Positions 62,023-64,000 of a stretch of DNA of 64,000 nt are shown here, one piece after another. Position 1 is the stretch's first letter. Every line of letters begins with the position of its first letter. The DNA is taken from assembly GCA_963816395.1 (NCBI GenBank), contig CAWFKQ010000016.1, positions 512,001-576,000 of the forward strand. Reading direction: 5' to 3'. Both the position numbers and the translations under genes were made by a program. This DNA comes from an uncultured delta proteobacterium (lineage in GTDB: Bacteria > Desulfobacterota > Desulfuromonadia > Desulfuromonadales > JACZKF01). A model generated the notes under the pieces. The model was not told the origin of the DNA, did not search any database, and worked only from the letters and a program-made list of their open reading frames with translations.

Positions 62023-62582
62023 TTCTCACTCCCCCCTGCCGCCGCCATAACGGCCCTGAGCACCTGGTAATGGCTGATGCAGCGGCAGAAGTTACCGGAC
62101 AGGGCCTCTTTTGCCTCTTCCTCGGTAGGGGACGGATTTTCGCTGAGGAGCGCCTTTGCGCTCAGGATCATTCCGGGCGTGCAAAAGCCGCACTGGAAGG
62201 CCGTATGGTCGATGAAAGACTGCTGCAGGGGGTCGAGCCGGCCGGTCTCGGAGTCCCGCAGCCCCTCGATGGTCGTTATTCTCTTCCCCTGGCACTCGAT
62301 CGTCAGGGTCATGCAGGAAAGGACTGCCTTCCCATCCATAAGAACGGTACAGGATCCGCAAGCCCCGTTGTCGCAAGTCACCTTGGTGCCGACCAGGCCC
62401 AGGGTCTCCCTCAGGGTATGAGCCAGGGTGTGCGATGTTTCCAGCTGGTGGGGCTGGCTGCCGATCTCCAGCACCACGGGCATTTCGTTGACGAAAAAGC
62501 GGACGTTTCTGGATTCCCCCCTTCTCTCCGTCACCATTTCCATAGCGTCTCCTTTGGCTGCCGCCAACTCCGGCGAACTCAA
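62019..62582 (-). CDS. Xanthine-oxidase-family 2x[2Fe-2S] subunit
   Basis: CDNGACGSCTV, FQCGFCTPG, NFCRC. Confidence 0.92.
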   Translation of the reverse strand: MSSPELAAAKGDAMEMVTERRGESRNVRFFVNEMPVVLEIGSQPHQLETSHTLAHTLRETLGLVGTKVTCDNGACGSCTVLMDGKAVLSCMTLTIECQGKRITTIEGLRDSETGRLDPLQQSFIDHTAFQCGFCTPGMILSAKALLSENPSPTEEEAKEALSGNFCRCISHYQVLRAVMAAAGGSEK

Positions 62583-62591
62583 TTCAAACCC

Positions 62592-63374
62592 TCAATCGAC
62601 CTGGGCACCCAGTTGCCGCGAGAGGAACTTCCCCGCGGCGACCACCTGCGTTCCGAAGGCGCGGGCTTCCTGTTCCGAAAACAGGCCGACCATGGCGATG
62701 TAACCTATGGGAGCTGTCCCCGGACCGAACACCGGTACCGCCAGGGAGTTGAGCCCCGGCTTCATCTCTCCCATATCCAGGGCAAATCCTTCGCGGCGAC
62801 ACTGGTCCATCTCCCGTTGCAGGCGTTCCCTGTCGAAATTTTTCGCCGGCCCATGGAAATAGACCGAAGGCTCCTGAAGCAGAAGCTCTCGCTCGGCCTC
62901 GGGAAGAAACGCCGCGATCGCCTTGCCGTGAGAGCCATAGGACAAGGGAAAACGGTGGCCGACGCGGATCGTGACCCCCATATCCGTCCCCCCCTCGTGC
63001 TTGGCGACAACGAACACCTTATTGCCGGCGATGAGTCCGAAGGTCGCCGTGCAGCCGAGCTTTAGTGCAAGCTCCTCCAACACCGGCTTGGCAAGCTGCG
63101 GCGCATCGAGGTCATCGAGAGCCTTGCGGGAAAGCGCGATCAGGGCGGGCCCCAAAGCGTACCCTTTGCGGTCGCCATTTCTTCGCACCAGACCGAACGC
63201 CTGGAGGGTCTGCAGGATGGAGTAAGCCTTGCTCTTGTGGATCCCCACCTGGGCGCAGATCTCCAGCAGACTCATGTGGGCGGTGAGGTTTCCGGCCAGG
63301 GCAAAAATGATCCGACAGGCCTGTTCCACCGCTGGAACCAGGTATTTTTGCGTGCTTCTATTTTTATCGTCCAT
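62592..63374 (-). CDS. IclR-family transcriptional regulator
   Basis: VPAVEQA..GIHKSKAYSILQTL HTH, GSHGKA, LAVPVF. Confidence 0.92.
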   Translation of the reverse strand: MDDKNRSTQKYLVPAVEQACRIIFALAGNLTAHMSLLEICAQVGIHKSKAYSILQTLQAFGLVRRNGDRKGYALGPALIALSRKALDDLDAPQLAKPVLEELALKLGCTATFGLIAGNKVFVVAKHEGGTDMGVTIRVGHRFPLSYGSHGKAIAAFLPEAERELLLQEPSVYFHGPAKNFDRERLQREMDQCRREGFALDMGEMKPGLNSLAVPVFGPGTAPIGYIAMVGLFSEQEARAFGTQVVAAGKFLSRQLGAQVD

Positions 63375-63384
63375 GAGCCATATT

Positions 63385-63420
63385 GTTCTGTATATAGAAC
63401 CTGTGTTTTGTATGCAGAAA
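63385..63420. promoter_or_regulatory. Tandem IclR-like operator boxes
   Basis: GTTCTGTATATAGAAC (63385-63400) and GTTTTGTATGCAGAAA (63405-63420), 20-bp period, next to the IclR start. Confidence 0.6.
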
Positions 63421-63674
63421 TACTAGCAAGGCGCAAGCCTGGCTGTCAAGAAAAAGTTACACTGTTCTATTTGGAGAGGTAAATACTGCCAAAAGGTTTA
63501 AAAAAACGCAATTAAACAGGGCTTAAGGTTGTTTTACATTTAAGGTAGGGAGGACGAGGACGACCGCAGGCAATGTTTGCTGCGGCGGTCCTGGTCGGCT
63601 TTGCCTGGGGGAATCAGCCACTCCCGCCAGCCGGGCGGCGTCCATTCTGCGGGACCGGGCCGGAGTGTTTTTTC

Positions 63675-63710
63675 TTGACACCCTAAAGAAGTATTGTGGT
63701 ACTATTTTTC
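63675..63710 (+). promoter_or_regulatory. Promoter of had/bamQ with a third copy of the operator
   Basis: TTGACA (63675-63680) and GTATTGTGGTACTATTTTTC (63691-63710); first 14 nt identical to the bamB site. Confidence 0.7.
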
Positions 63711-63757
63711 TGTTTTGTGAAACGTCCAAGGGACCCTGGAAAAAAAGGAGGAAACAG

Positions 63758-64000
63758 ATGAGCAAGGCATCATATCGCTGGCTGATGAAGGCTGTGAATG
63801 AACCGATGGTGAAGGCCGATTTCGATCCCATGCCGCCCGCGGCCGGAGAAGTAGTTGTCGAAGTGGCCGGTTGCGGGGTTTGCCATACGGATCTTGGCTT
63901 TTTCTACGACGGCGTGCGCGTCAATCATGAGCTTCCCCTGGCGCTTGGCCATGAGATCAGCGGCCGGGTGATGGCCGCCGGAGCGGGGGCCGAGCAGTGG
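63758..64000 (+). CDS. bamQ: 6-hydroxycyclohex-1-ene-1-carbonyl-CoA dehydrogenase (Had/BamQ), truncated by the window end; absent from the ORF track
   Basis: ATG after AGGAGG gives [46 protein letters not shown] (Zn-dependent ADH). Confidence 0.85.
   Translation, partial: MSKASYRWLMKAVNEPMVKADFDPMPPAAGEVVVEVAGCGVCHTDLGFFYDGVRVNHELPLALGHEISGRVMAAGAGAEQW

Noticed and set aside
43..63482. Long antisense or overlapping ORFs such as 6644-8440, 20852-22645, 26798-29002, 36574-38325 and 59812-61368
   Set aside because: Shadow ORFs of GC-rich coding genes with no recognisable motifs
1..64000. CRISPR arrays, tRNA/rRNA, integrase or transposase genes
   Set aside because: No regularly spaced repeats or recognisable motifs; the long repeats are gene paralogues (bamB x3, bamC x2, buk/ptb x2)

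Overview
GC-rich bacterial window that looks like a Desulfuromonadia/Geobacter-type strict anaerobe (inferred from gene content). It is almost entirely an anaerobic aromatic-degradation island. In order it holds: an MFS transporter, a MoxR/VWA pair, a radical SAM protein and ric; a sigma54-driven phenol-activation operon (ppsA, ppsB, one UbiD/ppcB, Tm-1-like protein, Nudix, ppsC, ubiX, outer-membrane channel) facing a convergent XylR/DmpR regulator operon; a feruloyl-CoA-synthetase-like ligase plus an acyl-CoA dehydrogenase; a complete class II (tungsten) benzoyl-CoA reductase operon bamBCDEFGHI with a selenocysteine-recoded bamF; a tandem GNAT and an IclR; two further divergent bamB paralogues plus a second bamC; fdhD and a Mo/W-bisPGD enzyme; a TRAP transporter; two convergent butyrate-kinase/phosphotransacylase pairs around a Usp and a thioesterase; a Liv-type ABC transporter; a three-subunit xanthine-oxidase-family enzyme (4-hydroxybenzoyl-CoA-reductase-like) with an IclR; and the start of had/bamQ. 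About 20 single-base insertions break otherwise intact genes and look like uncorrected long-read errors. The most interesting signals are: a BamB paralogue whose tungsten-ligand Cys is replaced by Asn, coupled to a second paralogue; duplicated acyl kinases with altered substrate-pocket motifs that may activate aromatic acids via acyl-phosphates; a possible prenyl-FMN maturation kit including a degenerate riboflavin-kinase-HAD fusion; and a 20-bp palindromic operator shared by three promoters. No CRISPR array, rRNA, tRNA or transposase was recognised. All family assignments are by eye from motifs; no searches were run.
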